NCBI GenBank assembly: GCA_964016885.1
Contig: OZ024745.1
Span: 59,086,001-59,150,000, forward strand
DNA from: Eledone cirrhosa
Taxonomy: Eukaryota
DNA: 64,000 nucleotides
Direction: 5' to 3'
Shown here: in pieces, positions 41,137 to 54,556 of the stretch
Position numbering within the stretch: position 1 is the first letter of the stretch
Layout: every line of letters starts with the position of its first letter
The notes under the pieces: model-generated
What the model was told of the DNA's origin: nothing
The model's database searches: none
What the model saw: the letters and a program-made list of their open reading frames with translations, nothing else
Position numbers and translations under genes: made by a program

Positions 41137-43766
41137 AGAAATGGAATAAAGAAAGTAAACCTCACTCAATAATAATAATTCGCGATGGTTGATACAAATG
41201 ATTTGTCTGGGGTTTAACACTTCTCACCTACACAACCCATCATCGTTGTTTTGTTTTGGTGGAAACAATTTTGTGATTTCATTTACTAGGTCAAAAACTG
41301 GTAGCATGCCAGAGAAAATATCAATAACATAGCTTCGTAGAATTAACAAAATTTTAAAGTGCAGACACCCTCCTAAGGGGCTTTCGCTAGTGAGTTATAT
41401 GAAAGAAATGTCAACTGGTTATAGAAACCGGGTGGCAGATTCTTCAAGGCCCAAACATACCTACCTGACTTCACCCTTCATCCTCTCTATAAAATGAAAT
41501 ACAAGATATAGACGGTGGTCGATCGTAGACGTGTGACAATGTTAAGAAATACAATGCTAAATCAATAGACCTGTAGAAATACTATTTCACGAGGCCGTCT
41601 TACGAGGGAGCATCTTAGTGCTTGTTCCATCTACTAGCTATAGTTACCAAATAAACACACTACTGTCTTAAAAAGGAAGGGTATGTTGGATAATGTAATA
41701 CTAGATGTACTAAGACTAATAAATAAATAAATTACTGGATGTTTACAGCTGGAACACCTTTATTTAAAAGTCTTTTTGTCCAGGTACTGAATGTTCGACA
41801 AGAATTTACTTTCTATCCTCTATGACTTGTGTTCAGTTAAACCTGGATCGACTTTACCTTTCACCAAGAGAGGGCACTGGATGGAACTATCCTCCAATCA
41901 GTGCCGGATTTACTTTGTACTTAAGTGTGCTTAAGCACAAAGCCCCGTTGCCCACAATGCAGGTGGGGGGGGGGGGGGGGGGGGCTTCCTGCCAAAAAAT
42001 GTTTTACCTCCTTCAGTAAAGGACCTCAAAACTTAACTACCATAGGGCCTCATTTGTCCTAAATCCGACACTGCCTCCACTTCTTTCAATGGTGTATTCT
42101 CACATTTATAAAATAGAGTACATATATATATATGTATAACATCTTGAAATACGTACTTTGTGACAGTACCTACCCTGAATGAACTAACACCACTTGGAAC
42201 ACCAAAGACTGCAGTAATACATTGACCAATTCAATTAACTATATTAGTATTTCTCTATAAATTTGGTCTTGTTTGTTTCTTACATAGTTATGTCAATATC
42301 AACTATGTAACACAATGTACCAGTATATATATGGCTCGCTCTAATCGATCGACAAGATCCCAGACCTCATTCGCTTGCCGAGTGGGGTGGACCTCGTCAA
42401 ATCGGACCAAGGAAACAATGTTTCCATTGAGGTTTTTATATCAGTTCATATTTTTTAAAAATAAGCTTAAGTAAATGTAATCCACATGCCACCACCATAA
42501 ATGAAACTTAAGGGTCAGACCGCCTCGTGGTCCCGGCGGACAGGATGAAGAAGACATTGCCGCTTTGATCGATCGACAAAATCCCAGACCTCATTCGCTT
42601 GCAGATATATACTACTTTTTATTTGGCCAGGAACATTGCCAAAAAAAGAAACATGCAGTAAATTATTGTTAGAAAACAGTGTATTTTATTAGAAGGCTAC
42701 AGAATCTCAAATTTAAAAAAAAGCATAAGAACAACATAAGACATCGATATCCTACTTCGAATTAGTTTCCTCAATTCTTCTTTTGATGAAGGGATTTTAT
42801 TCCGAAATATTAAAGACTATTAAACAACTTCAAGATAACATTCCAAAGCAAAGAGTTACGGCCCTTTATGGTCTGAGTTCAAATCCCACCGAGGTTAACT
42901 TTGCCTTTCTTCCTGACGGGGGTCGATAAAATAAAGTACCAGTAATACACTGGAATAATTGCTAGCCTTGTACCAAAAGTAGAAATAATTATTTTAACAT
43001 TTAATGTCCCATTTGCATTGCTGTAGCCTTCTAATAAAACACTATTTTCTACATTTTACACATGCTTAACCAAACTACAAGTCTGTTACGACCATATCAA
43101 ATATTGTTTGATTAAAATTGTTTAAATTGTTCTCCTTGGTGTCTTTTGTTTGTGTATGGTCAACTGTTCAATACTGAGTCAATTAAAAGTTTATATATAT
43201 ACAGGATGTCCGCCCAAAATATATACACACTTCAACAGTATTCTAATAGATGTGTATACACTTTTTTGGGACACCCTGTATATATATATATCACTTTAAA
43301 TACAAACATACATTTGATAATGACTGTCAACTTGTAATCGAGCATGACCACTTTTTGCACGCGTTTTCTTTCTTTTCAAAAATATCATGGTCTAAATTTT
43401 CAATCAATTTAATCACGACACGTTTCAATGAGATAAATCGATCGTGAAGCCATGATCGATTATCACTGATCTCGTCAGGTGAAAATGAATTGTCTTCAAA
43501 TCCTTGACAATTCATTGTCACCTGACGAGATCAGTGATAATGGATCATGGCTACACGATCGATCTATCTCTTATTAAAACACGTGTCGTGATTAAATTGA
43601 TTGGAAATTTATACCATGCCTTCGGATCTTAATTTTGATACAAATACTCCATTTTACATCATCTAATTGTTCCCATAAATGGAATTGGAGATATACAAAA
43701 GCGTGGAGAACTTAATATTGCTAACAAAAATTTATTGGACCGTTTGACACAACCAATAATACACCT

Positions 43767-43800
<34 letters not shown>

Positions 43801-44154
43801 TAATAAAATAATGAATAAACAAAGAACCAGTTCCTTATATTAAAAAAATTCATCATTTTACGATCGTTTCTAGGATATATATGTGTTGTATAAATATTGT
43901 ACATAGATCTATAGAATATGCATACCAACTCTAACACATATATATCCTAGAAACGATCGTAAAATGATGAATTTTTTTAATATAAGGAACTGGTTCTTTG
44001 TTTATTCATTATTTTATTAATTTATCTTGACTCTGTTTTCCGTTTATTTTTCACCGAAAGTAGTTTTTGAATGCATCTTCTCTTTTCATGATATCCGGAT
44101 TACATTGAGTTCTTCATACGGATTGGACACTACCGTAAACTTTTGGTAGATTTA

Positions 44155-44239
<85 letters not shown>

Positions 44240-46255
44240 AGTTGTTGGTTGTTCGTGCAGCAGTAGTGGATGAAGACTATGACATTGGCCACGGGTTTTA
44301 GATGGCTGGTAAGTCTGATTCTGACACGAAGTGGCGACTGCACGCGAGGCAAATGTGTGTTGTGGCTTCATTTGAAATGTCAGCTGAGCGAGCTTTACAA
44401 AGTTTGCATTTGGTTTGCCTTATCCCTTGCGAGGAATTTGCACTTGTATGAATAAGGGTGCCTAAAGGGCTTGTTCAGAGCAAACTCCTCATGATTATAT
44501 GTTGATGCTCATGGCTTTCTGTCTATCTGTGGAGGTATTATTTAATTATTTTTTTAGTGAGGAACACATACAGCTATTGTTTCCCCAGTAGCAAGATCGC
44601 CAGAGTTTTTTTTTTAGTATGCGTGTGTTATTCATACAAATTCCTCTAACCAGCGACTTTTGTTCTTTTCCAGGAGGGTTGTACTGAAGGAAGTTTCACT
44701 CATTAGACCACTTATCTGCATCAAAACAAAGGACCGTGGGGGGGGGGGGCCACTACAGCTGTATGAAAGGCATGACAACCTACCTAATGTTGATGCCACG
44801 ATAAAATGCACTTGGAAGAACACGGGTTCGTGTGTAAGCAAGATGCGGGCCACTGGCACTCGGTAGAACGCGGAACGTATATATACGAGATGCAGGCTCC
44901 CGGCCGATCTGAGAGGTCAAGTGCTCCGATTGAGCACTGATCCGGCCTGTTAACGCCCTGACCAACCCATGCTAGCAGGGAAAACGGATGTTAAATAATG
45001 ATGATGATCTACAATATCAGAATTGACCAGCATTAAACTAAAGGGTTACAGCAAAGAAGTAAACTTTAAGCGGAAACACAACACTTCATCGTGTAATTAT
45101 TACATATATTATGCAGAGAAAGGAGTCGGATTGCAGTTTTTCAATAGAGTCCTCTAGGTTCTGAGTTCAAATCCCGACGAGGTCAACTTTGCCTTGTCAT
45201 CTTTCCGAGGTCGATAAAATAAAGTACCAGTAAATTACTGAGGTCGATAAAATTGACTTCCCCCTCCCACCTAATTTCCGACTGTGTGCCTATGTAAAGA
45301 AAAAGGTCGTAAGCTGGAGGTAGACAATATTCCAACAAATTGAGATTTTGTTGAATTGGAATAAGAGTTTAAAGAAAGCAACTATTCCTGACATTCACCA
45401 GACATATATATATATATAAACCCAGGGTTGTTATTCGTCTATCGCCTAGTATGTTAAAGAAATGTTCTTGCCCATTTGAAAGCCGACAGCGATTTCAACT
45501 CCCGAGTATGAAACTAATAATCCAAACATTATCCTCTTGATCCTATTTTCGCAGGGTATAGTCTTTCATAAACGATACAGAGAAAATAGCCGGTTTCACT
45601 TGTGGACATAATCAAAACATTTCTTCGTAATATCAGCGCTGATTGTCACTTGCTAAAATGTGCAACATTATCGGAGGGTGGGAAAAAAAACAACAAACTA
45701 TTGGAATTATTAGTCTACATTTCTAGTGTGATTAAAAAAACAACAGAAAGGGTGAAAGAGAGAGAGAACAATACACCTATTTGTTAGTTTTTATTGCCAG
45801 GTGACATAAACAGCTTTAGGAAATCAACTCACTTTTTCGTTTCTTCTCTCCCGTAATGCTGCTGCCACAAGTATTTGTAATATATGCATATGACTACTTC
45901 ATATATTTAATCTTAACGGCGTACTTAGTGTTAGTGCTAATTATTTGTACTTTATTTTAAGTATTTTATCTCTTATGTTATATATTTTTTTAGATTGAAA
46001 ATACATTCAGATCGATTAATTTCAATCAACAACAATTGAGCCGCTAAATGTAGCTTTAAAAAACACGGTGTTTGTTGTTTGTAATCGTTTACGAAGCTAT
46101 CATTATATTGTAATTGTTTAATTTTACATAAACAAATATTTATATCCACACAAACAATCGCACACACGCACATAAGGTGTCCCCAAAAATATATACACAT
46201 TTCAACAGCATTCTAATAAAAGTGTGTATAGATATTTTGGGACAACCTGTATATA

Positions 46256-46321
<66 letters not shown>

Positions 46322-49300
46322 CCAGAAGTACTACCTATCCTATTATATTATTATTATTCAACATGTAGTCTGTATATGTTAGTTTCAAGTGTAAGTAAAC
46401 AAAATATATTAACTATGAATTCTAAATACTAACTTGTAATGATAAATTTAACTACATATTTCAGAAAAGAAAAAGATCACTGCCAGACTGGCCTTTGACA
46501 CTAGCTCGAGTCTATACAATAAAATTGTTCGTCTTCCGAAAGATATTTCAAAGGAAGAAATATTTTAAAACGTTCACATTATTTCACAAACTTTATAGAA
46601 AGTTTCATATGTAAACAGAAAACAAACACTAACTAAAAAGAAAATTAGATGCAAGGAAATGATGTTTATGGTGTTTTTACTTTCATTTCTCAGCCACTAC
46701 TATAGAAATAAATATAAGACGGTGAATTTGTAAAACATCGGATAGAAAGACTTGTGTTACTTGTTCCGGTTTTCTGTGCTCTGAGTTTAAATGCCACAAA
46801 TATCAACTTTGCTTTTCATCCTTTCAACCTCGATAAAGCACCAGTCCAGAACTGGAATCGATCGATCGATCACCCTCTCTTTCTCTCTAACATGAGAATA
46901 GCAACACATGCCACTGCAATACTTAGTCGCAAACACGTTAATTTTACGAATAGTAATTTACGGACAATTGAATGCTCATCATCGAGAACTATTCAGAGTA
47001 TATGTATATATATTGGAATAATTTTGGAAAGCAGTAGACGAATGTATAAATGAAATCATAAGATAGTTTGAAATCCCGGCTACTATACATTTAAACGCCC
47101 ACATTTCGAACTGACGAGGGACCGCCTTCAAGGGCGATCGACCTGTTAGAAATGGCAGCCACATTAAATCACACCCGTTTAACAAAAAAAAAAAAGGAAC
47201 ATTTTGAAAAATGTTCTAGATATACAAAATTACGGTGTGGTTACGATTGAAATGACTTTAGTAAAATCTATTTCATAAGGGTAACCTAGGCGGTAAACAA
47301 TAACAAGAGCGTCGAGTGTATACGAGCTGTGTCAATGGTTTTGTAGCAGACATCATACTAAACATCTCTGACAGGAATGACAGACTAAAAAAACTATAAT
47401 TTTGTGACAGACTTGCCACCAGACAACTTTAGAAACTGCTCCAGAGTGGAATGGGTGCTGTGTAAAAATCAATTAGTACAGGTATATTCTTAGTAGTTTC
47501 GTAATATCATTGAAAAGGTCTTAGATACATTCTGAATATTTGATTAATACCAAGAATAAATAGAATGATGATAATAAAAAAATACTGCTTAAGATTAAGA
47601 CTAAACCAAGTGTAGGGATTGAGGGGGAAGGGAGAGAAATAGGAGAATGAGAAGACGATTACGTCTTCAAAACGCACTGACTAAGCTTAAAATAACAAAC
47701 ATAACACAGGTGAAGAAAGCTAACTTACCTGATTCATTGATAGAAAGGGGTGAATATATTACTAATAAAAAAAAAAGACAAACAGCCGGAAATTCCAAAT
47801 CGTTTAGATCAATGAAAACAAAATAAAGTTTAAAAGGCCACCAAACGAGTATATTTAGTTTCTAAACGACTAGGTCGCATATCAATCCAGTGAGATATTT
47901 TCTTAATTAAAATGAAAGGTATTAATGACATTTCTTACCAGTTGTTGTTACCTGCCAGTTCTATAATTTTCTTGAGAGAATAGACGAAGTGTGTACACGT
48001 AAGTATAGGTGTATGGTGTATGTATGTGTATTTAATACTCTAAGAACTGATTTTTGCAGAAACGAGAACAGATTTCAAGATAACAGAAAGTTGGAATATT
48101 CATGCTTTTCATTAGGTAATACGCCAAACGAGAGAGCCTCTATACGGCCGCTTGAGCTGAGAGAAATAACAGTCATATTTTTCTCAAATCAAACCCTGTT
48201 GTCTTTAAAGAAAAAAAGAACACATTGAATAATGTAATCCTTGATAAACCCCAAAAGACAAAATGGTCACAATTGGAAGGCCACAGGTGATATGTCAGCT
48301 TGATCAAGGCTAACCAGAGGTTAAACAACAACAATGTCAACGAGGAAGTATATCTCGAAACGAGTCAAATTTCACAAAAACGACGGACTCATTGGTCAAT
48401 GTAGTTTATAGATATAATTGTTTCTATTTTAGGCACAAGTCCAGCAATTAACCAGTACATTACTGGTACTTTATTTTATCGACCCCGTAAGGATGAAAGG
48501 CAGAGTTAACCTCGGCAGGATTTGAACTCAGATCGTAAAGGGACGTAACTATGCTGGAAAGCATGTCCGACCCTCCACCGATACTGCCAATTCACCGTGG
48601 GAAGATAATCGACAGAATAGTCACGGGTGGAACGTTATTAATCATAGGTTAGCTCGATCAGGCTACCTCAGGGCTAAACAACAAATAATAACGAACTAAC
48701 AAGGGAGTTTCTACATGATCACTTGACTTGCTAGAAATAGCAGCCTAATTTCACTTAAATCACACCCTTAAATAGAGGATACATTGGTCAATGTAATGTC
48801 TAATAATTGTTTCTACTTTTGGCACAAGGCCAGCAATTAACCAGTACATTACTGGTACTTTATTTTATCGACCCCGTAAGGATGAAAGGCAAAGTTAACC
48901 TCGGCGGGATTTGAACTCAGATCGTAAAGGGACGTCTAATAATACAAAGAGATGTGATGGTCAAGGCCGGAGTCTTTGATCATATGTTTGCTCCATCAGG
49001 TTTGAGCTGCGCTAAATAAGAACTGTACATATATATATAGGATTACTGTATATGTATATGTGTGTGTATACACAGATATACACACATACATAACACATTT
49101 TTGTGATTTAGCAGTAAGTGACTCCCACGGACATTATTCGGAGTTTCTTAGACACGTGTCTGTTCTCTGTATCTCCAGAGGAATCTGAAGAATAGACACG
49201 TGTTTGCGTATTTAAGAAACTCCGTGAATATCTGTGGAAGTCACTGATTGCTTTATATATATATCTATACGTGCGTGTGTGTGTGTGTATGTTCACTCGC

Positions 49301-50075
49301 AGTGAGTCAAAGAGAATATAAATTATAGAGCACTATAGGAAGCAAGTTGTTGATAGTACACGAACTGGGGGGGGGGGGGGGGTTGAAGATCCGGCACAAC
49401 TCCTCCATAGCTATGTTTAAGTTTAATAATATAACGCGAAAAAAAACCATAACGTGGGCTATTCTTTAGCTTGCAGCAGGGAAACGTGAGATAAGTACAA
49501 ATAAAAGAGACAGAGAGGGAGAGAAAGAAAGGTGAAAGGATTAGTGAAGTTGTATGGTTTCTTTATTACATCACCACCAGCCACGTTAGTTAGCTCAGGT
49601 AAGAAAGAGAGCAGGTTAGTTTTTGATTAAATCATTAGTTAGTTGTTATACTCAAAGTTGCTGAGTGTTGAGAAGATGAACTAGAGAGAAAGAACAAATA
49701 AATAAATAAATAAATAAACCCAGATATCGAATTATATTATCAAAGGTTAAGGGGAAAAAATATTCAACGAGTGATCGTGTGTATTTGCGCATGTTTCTTT
49801 TTAAAATGAAAAAAACTGCCCACATTTCATATACTTGTTGAAAGATGGGTTATTATAATTATAAACAAAAAGTGAGTAAAGCAATAAAAAGCAAGTAGCT
49901 TTAGGGAAACATTGGCAGGCAATCGTTATCTTCGCATTCCTCCTCCTCCGATACTAAATCAAAATATAGTGCTTTCGCTTGTTTTCCCTTTCCTCAAAGC
50001 CAAAATAATAATTAAAAAAACTATCAAATCATTACATTAAAATCATAATAATTTTCTCATAACCACAACACTTAC

Positions 50076-50280
50076 CTTGATAAATATTAATTATGAATCA
50101 ATGAATGAACCGTCTTTATATCCTAGTAATATTACATATGGAAAATGGGACGACAGCTCCCGTAATAGTGTAACAAGTCCCAGCCATTTTGTCCAATGTT
50201 AAGCTTAGCTTTGAAGAAAGATGTAAACAGATGTGGAACCGATTTACGGCACAGTCGTAACACTAAAGCTTTATTCATTG
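50076..50280 (-). other. Candidate non-coding first exon of the JMY/WHAMM gene
   Basis: Perfect AAG|GTAAGT donor at 50076/50075 inside the CpG-retaining zone, about 0.5 kb from the KXD1 ATG. The JMY ATG exon has an acceptor, so an upstream UTR exon should exist. The 5' limit is a guess. Confidence 0.4.
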
Positions 50281-50522
50281 TACGCACTTGTGCGTTGTTT
50301 TTTTTGTTTTTTTTTATATACACAAAAAAGTATGTATGTCATAAAATGTATTTACGTGTAGTGTTTATATATTTATAAATATATATACATTTTATTTTTT
50401 TAAAATTTAGATAACCATTTATTTTGATATTTTCTATTCGAAACAATACCAGGAATGTTTTTTCCCTATTCACACGAAATCCTAACGTTAGGGATATATA
50501 TGAATATATATATATATATATT

Positions 50523-50585
<63 letters not shown>

Positions 50586-50800
50586 TATACACACACATAG
50601 AGAGATTTATGTTCCCAAGTATAAAATAAGGTTTCATATTAAATAATAACAATAATAACAAAATTATTTTCTTTATCTATAAAAACCGTTCAAACATATT
50701 TCTGCGATTAAATGTATAAATATTCAAAGATATTAAGAACAGTTGTTCGTGTTTTCTTTTACGACAGTCAGAAAGCAGTTACACAACTCATCTGAGTGAA

Positions 50801-50922
50801 ATGTCGGACGGACAAACATCTCCGTTATCTATAGAAGATTATGCAACTACTTTTACTGAAGCTCTCACTTGTCAGATCAACAAAGAAGATGTTGGCTGTA
50901 TGATCCAGACACAGAAAGAGAT
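50801..50922 (+). CDS. KXD1: KxDL motif-containing protein 1 (KXD1/BORCS4)-like, first coding exon
   Basis: Read by eye: MSDGQTSPLSIEDYATTFTEALTCQINKEDVGCMIQTQKE(M), then an AT|GTACGT donor. Resembles human KXD1 [27 protein letters not shown]. The next exon (expected RFEKTNEML) was not found in the window. Confidence 0.75.
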
Positions 50923-53299
50923 GTACGTATTGTTAATAGATATTATTGTCGATTTTTTTATTTAATTTTATTTCTTCATACTTCGTAAGACCCTAAATTT
51001 GTTATGATTTAATTCATACGTGGAATATAATAATGATAATAATTTCTTTATTGGTCACAAGGGCCGACATATAGCTGACAGTAGAACATACAGGGACAGT
51101 GGGGGATTAATAATGCGAGACACTTCAGGTTTTCCTGGGTTGAGGATAAAGAGACAGACATTCTAATATTTCAAACAGTGGCTGTTTAAGGGCAGCCGTT
51201 TTTCCTCGGGGTCAAAATCAGATCACTAACTCGGTTTGTCTAGAATCTGTTTGTTCTGTGTGTATGTATACATGTACATAAACTGGTGCCTACCTGTTTA
51301 TGGTGGGGTCGATAACGTTGTTAGAACACAATGCGGCCTTGAAGAGATGGTTTCAACAAAATAGGCGGTGAGTACTCTAGGTTTTTGTAGTAGGCTCTCA
51401 TCGCTTTCTCTAAGATTATACTCGAATTACAGAGTCATTTATATACATGTGAGTGTATTGGACAATAAGAATGAAACAAAGGTCGAAGTTAGGTTCTTAA
51501 TTAGTTCATATAACGAGAATAATGTTAATATCGATTATCGCAACACAAACTGAACGCTGAAATATCAATCAGTAGTGACTGTCGCCCCAAACATTTGAGA
51601 TCGCACCCTCTTATGGCACAACCACTAACGCAATAATAGATGAGATCTTAGAATGATTTGTCTGTTGAAGGCGCAGACGATGTTCACGAACCTTTGTTTC
51701 GTTGCTATATTAAGGATAGTAATACAAATTTAGTTCAGATATCACAGGGACGATGGCAACAATACAAACTTAGCTACACACCTCTAGAAATTGTAACCTC
51801 TTAATCAAACACTGAGTGATTGAGCTATGATTAATAAACATTGGCAATAGTTCACCATTTCTCCCAGGCTTTGCCTTTTCCATTTTTGGTTGGTATTTTA
51901 GTTACCCCATACTTTCCATGTCTGCCTGAATATCTTAATGCCAGGTGTTTCATGAGCAACCTTTTTTACCCTTACGGCTTGCAGAGTGTGTAACTAATTC
52001 ATCTTTAATACTGCTTCATTTCATCTTCAGCAGTCTTTATTGCCACAAATTAAAATTACTGGTGGTGTTCTACATTTTTCAGCTTCACAGTGCAATTGAT
52101 ATTGAAAATCCTGACTGTAGATGTTAGACTAATATAATAATATTTTGTATCTATTTGTAACTTCTACTAAGAAAACAAAAGGAACCTTTGTCAAATGTTC
52201 AGTTAAAATTTAGCACCTCATCACCATCATCATCTTTTAACATCCATTTTTTCCCATTCTAGCATAGGTGGACAAATTGTTACAGGCCAAGTCAGTACTC
52301 AATCGGAGCCACTGTCTTCATAGATAGGCCTGAATCAGCATCTTGCTTATATACATTCTTACATTTTACAGAGTATACAGGAGGCATTTTATCAAAGCCC
52401 CAGCATTAGGGAGGTTGTCATACCCTTGACACAGTTGAAGAGTTCTCACAACCTTTTATGTTTGGAAAGTTTTCTATGGCTGGATGCCCTTCACAACAGT
52501 ATTTTATTTCCCGTTTTTCTTTTGCCATCACAAACAACATCTAGTTTCCTTGAAGTTTATATTTTGTGTATATTTGGTATTTTACTATAAATGTTTTACA
52601 GAATCTAATGAAAAATTCACCATCTTTTGACAAAAATATAATAGTATATATAGATTAATGTAAATGCTAAAGGGTTAAAACACGGTAAGTCATTAGAACA
52701 TCAGATAGAATGCTTTACGGTATTTGTTCCAGCTCTCTACCTTCTCTGAGTTCAAAACACACCAAAGTCAATTTTGCCTGTCATCCTTTCAAAGTTGATA
52801 AAAAGGTACCAAAGTGCTGGGGTCGATACTTCTCTTTCTTACTTTCTCTCTAACACGCTCTCTTTCTCTAGAAGAAATCTGTTATATTCAGACCTGGAGA
52901 GGGGATGGGCTCTGCCAGGTCTAAAAAGAAAAAAAAAGTCCAAGACATACTATATGTTACTGCAGTACCCCTATGACTTCATCATGAATTAGGGTCCATA
53001 CAAAATGATTGAGACACAATATAGTATTATATAGTAGCCTTTTCAATGAAGCCATATAGAGGCAAAAATGGCTAAATAGATAAGATATTGAATTACCAGT
53101 TGATAGCCATGATTTCAAACCAGGCTATGGGCTGAACACTACATTTTAGGTAGTCTTTGATAACCTAATTCTTGGGAACTATTACCAGATTATTTGGCAA
53201 TATTACTTGCAGTAGACTGTAATCCTATCCAAGAGGAGTTTTATCTCTTTTCTATACTTCTCAATAGTCACCTCATAACCTAGGAGACATAATCAGCTC

Positions 53300-53822
53300 T
53301 AACCTATGCAACATGGATTGGATGGCTCCTCTTCGGCACAGCCTGCCTCCACTTGTGTTCTTTCATCTTCACTGAGTATCAGTGTTCTGAGATCAGCTCT
53401 AATCACCTTTGATAAGGTTTTCCTTGGTCTTCCTCTACTGCAGCTTCCTTCCACTGGCAACTCCTGGCACTTCAACCAGCATTCACCATCTATATGCATC
53501 ACATGTCCATACCGGCACAGTCTTTTCTCTTGCACAATACATCTCATCTTATCCATGCGCCGTCATTCATGCACACTAACATTACTCATTCAATAGAGCT
53601 TGCTTGCTTCATTTCTCTCCAGCCTCCATATATCCTCTGTATTTACCATGCAACATTGCCCTCCACACAAGCATCATACACTCTATCATTTGTTTGAAGA
53701 GCAAATTCCTTTGTTGTCAACAGAAGTAGAAACTCCATGAATTTTCCCCAACCTGTTCACATTCTAGTTACAGTGCTTTCGGAGCTACCTTCTCCACTGC
53801 TAATTAGGTCACCTAAGTAGCA
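53300..53822 (-). mobile_element. Degenerate RTE 3' fragment
   Basis: VQEKRLCRYGHVMHIDGECWLKCQELPVEGSCSRGRPRKT. Confidence 0.8.
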
Positions 53823-53884
53823 GTTGAAAGTTAATTGCCATTTAGTATGTATGGTTCAGTGGTTATGACATTGATTTTTAATAA

Positions 53885-54258
53885 TTTGTTGGTGAGAAAT
53901 GAAGCAAGCATGCTTTGATGGATGTGCAAGTTAATGTAAGAGAACGATAGAGCTTGGATGAACTGAGTAAGAAACTAAGTATAAGAGGAATCAGAAGTAG
54001 TGTGCGAGAAAGAAGACTGCACTGGTATGGACATGTGATGCACGTAGATGTGATCGCTGGGTGAATAGTGCCAAGAAATCCCAGTAGAAAGAAGCTGCAA
54101 TAGAGGATGACTTTGGCAGAGGAGGTGAAAGGTGATCTCAAATTGCTGAAACTCTCAGTGGAGATAATAAAGGATCATGATATGTGGAGGGATGCTGTGC
54201 TGAAAAGGACCTATCCAGCCCATGCAAGAATAGAAAAATGAACGTAATGATGATGATG
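53885..54258 (+). mobile_element. Degenerate RTE 3' fragment in the opposite orientation
   Basis: RNEASML.WMC..VRERRLHWYGHVM; (GAT)n tail. Confidence 0.75.
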
Positions 54259-54556
54259 GTGGATTTCCACCCATCCACCCCACATCCCCTAAAGTTATTC
54301 TGATAATAACCTAATAAATATGTAATTACTATAGTCCAAATGACCTTTCAAAATTAAATATTGCTGATGTTTTTGTTTTTTTTTAATGTAATATCACAGG
54401 GTAGCACAGAACTGTATCTTTGGTTGAGGGTATACAGTAGTAGAAGTTATTTTAATAATTCATATATCTACCTGGTGGTGGGGGTGGCAGAGGTAGTAGA
54501 TGTAGTAGTGGTAGCACAACACTCAATCTTTAGATGAGGGTATACATTAATAGAAG

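Noticed and set aside
42511-42600. HDV-like ribozyme (ACC GCCTCGT GGT CCCGGC GG resembles P3/L3/P1)
   Set aside because: No matching P2 3' strand or properly placed J4/2 could be found by eye, and P1 pairing is imperfect and distant.
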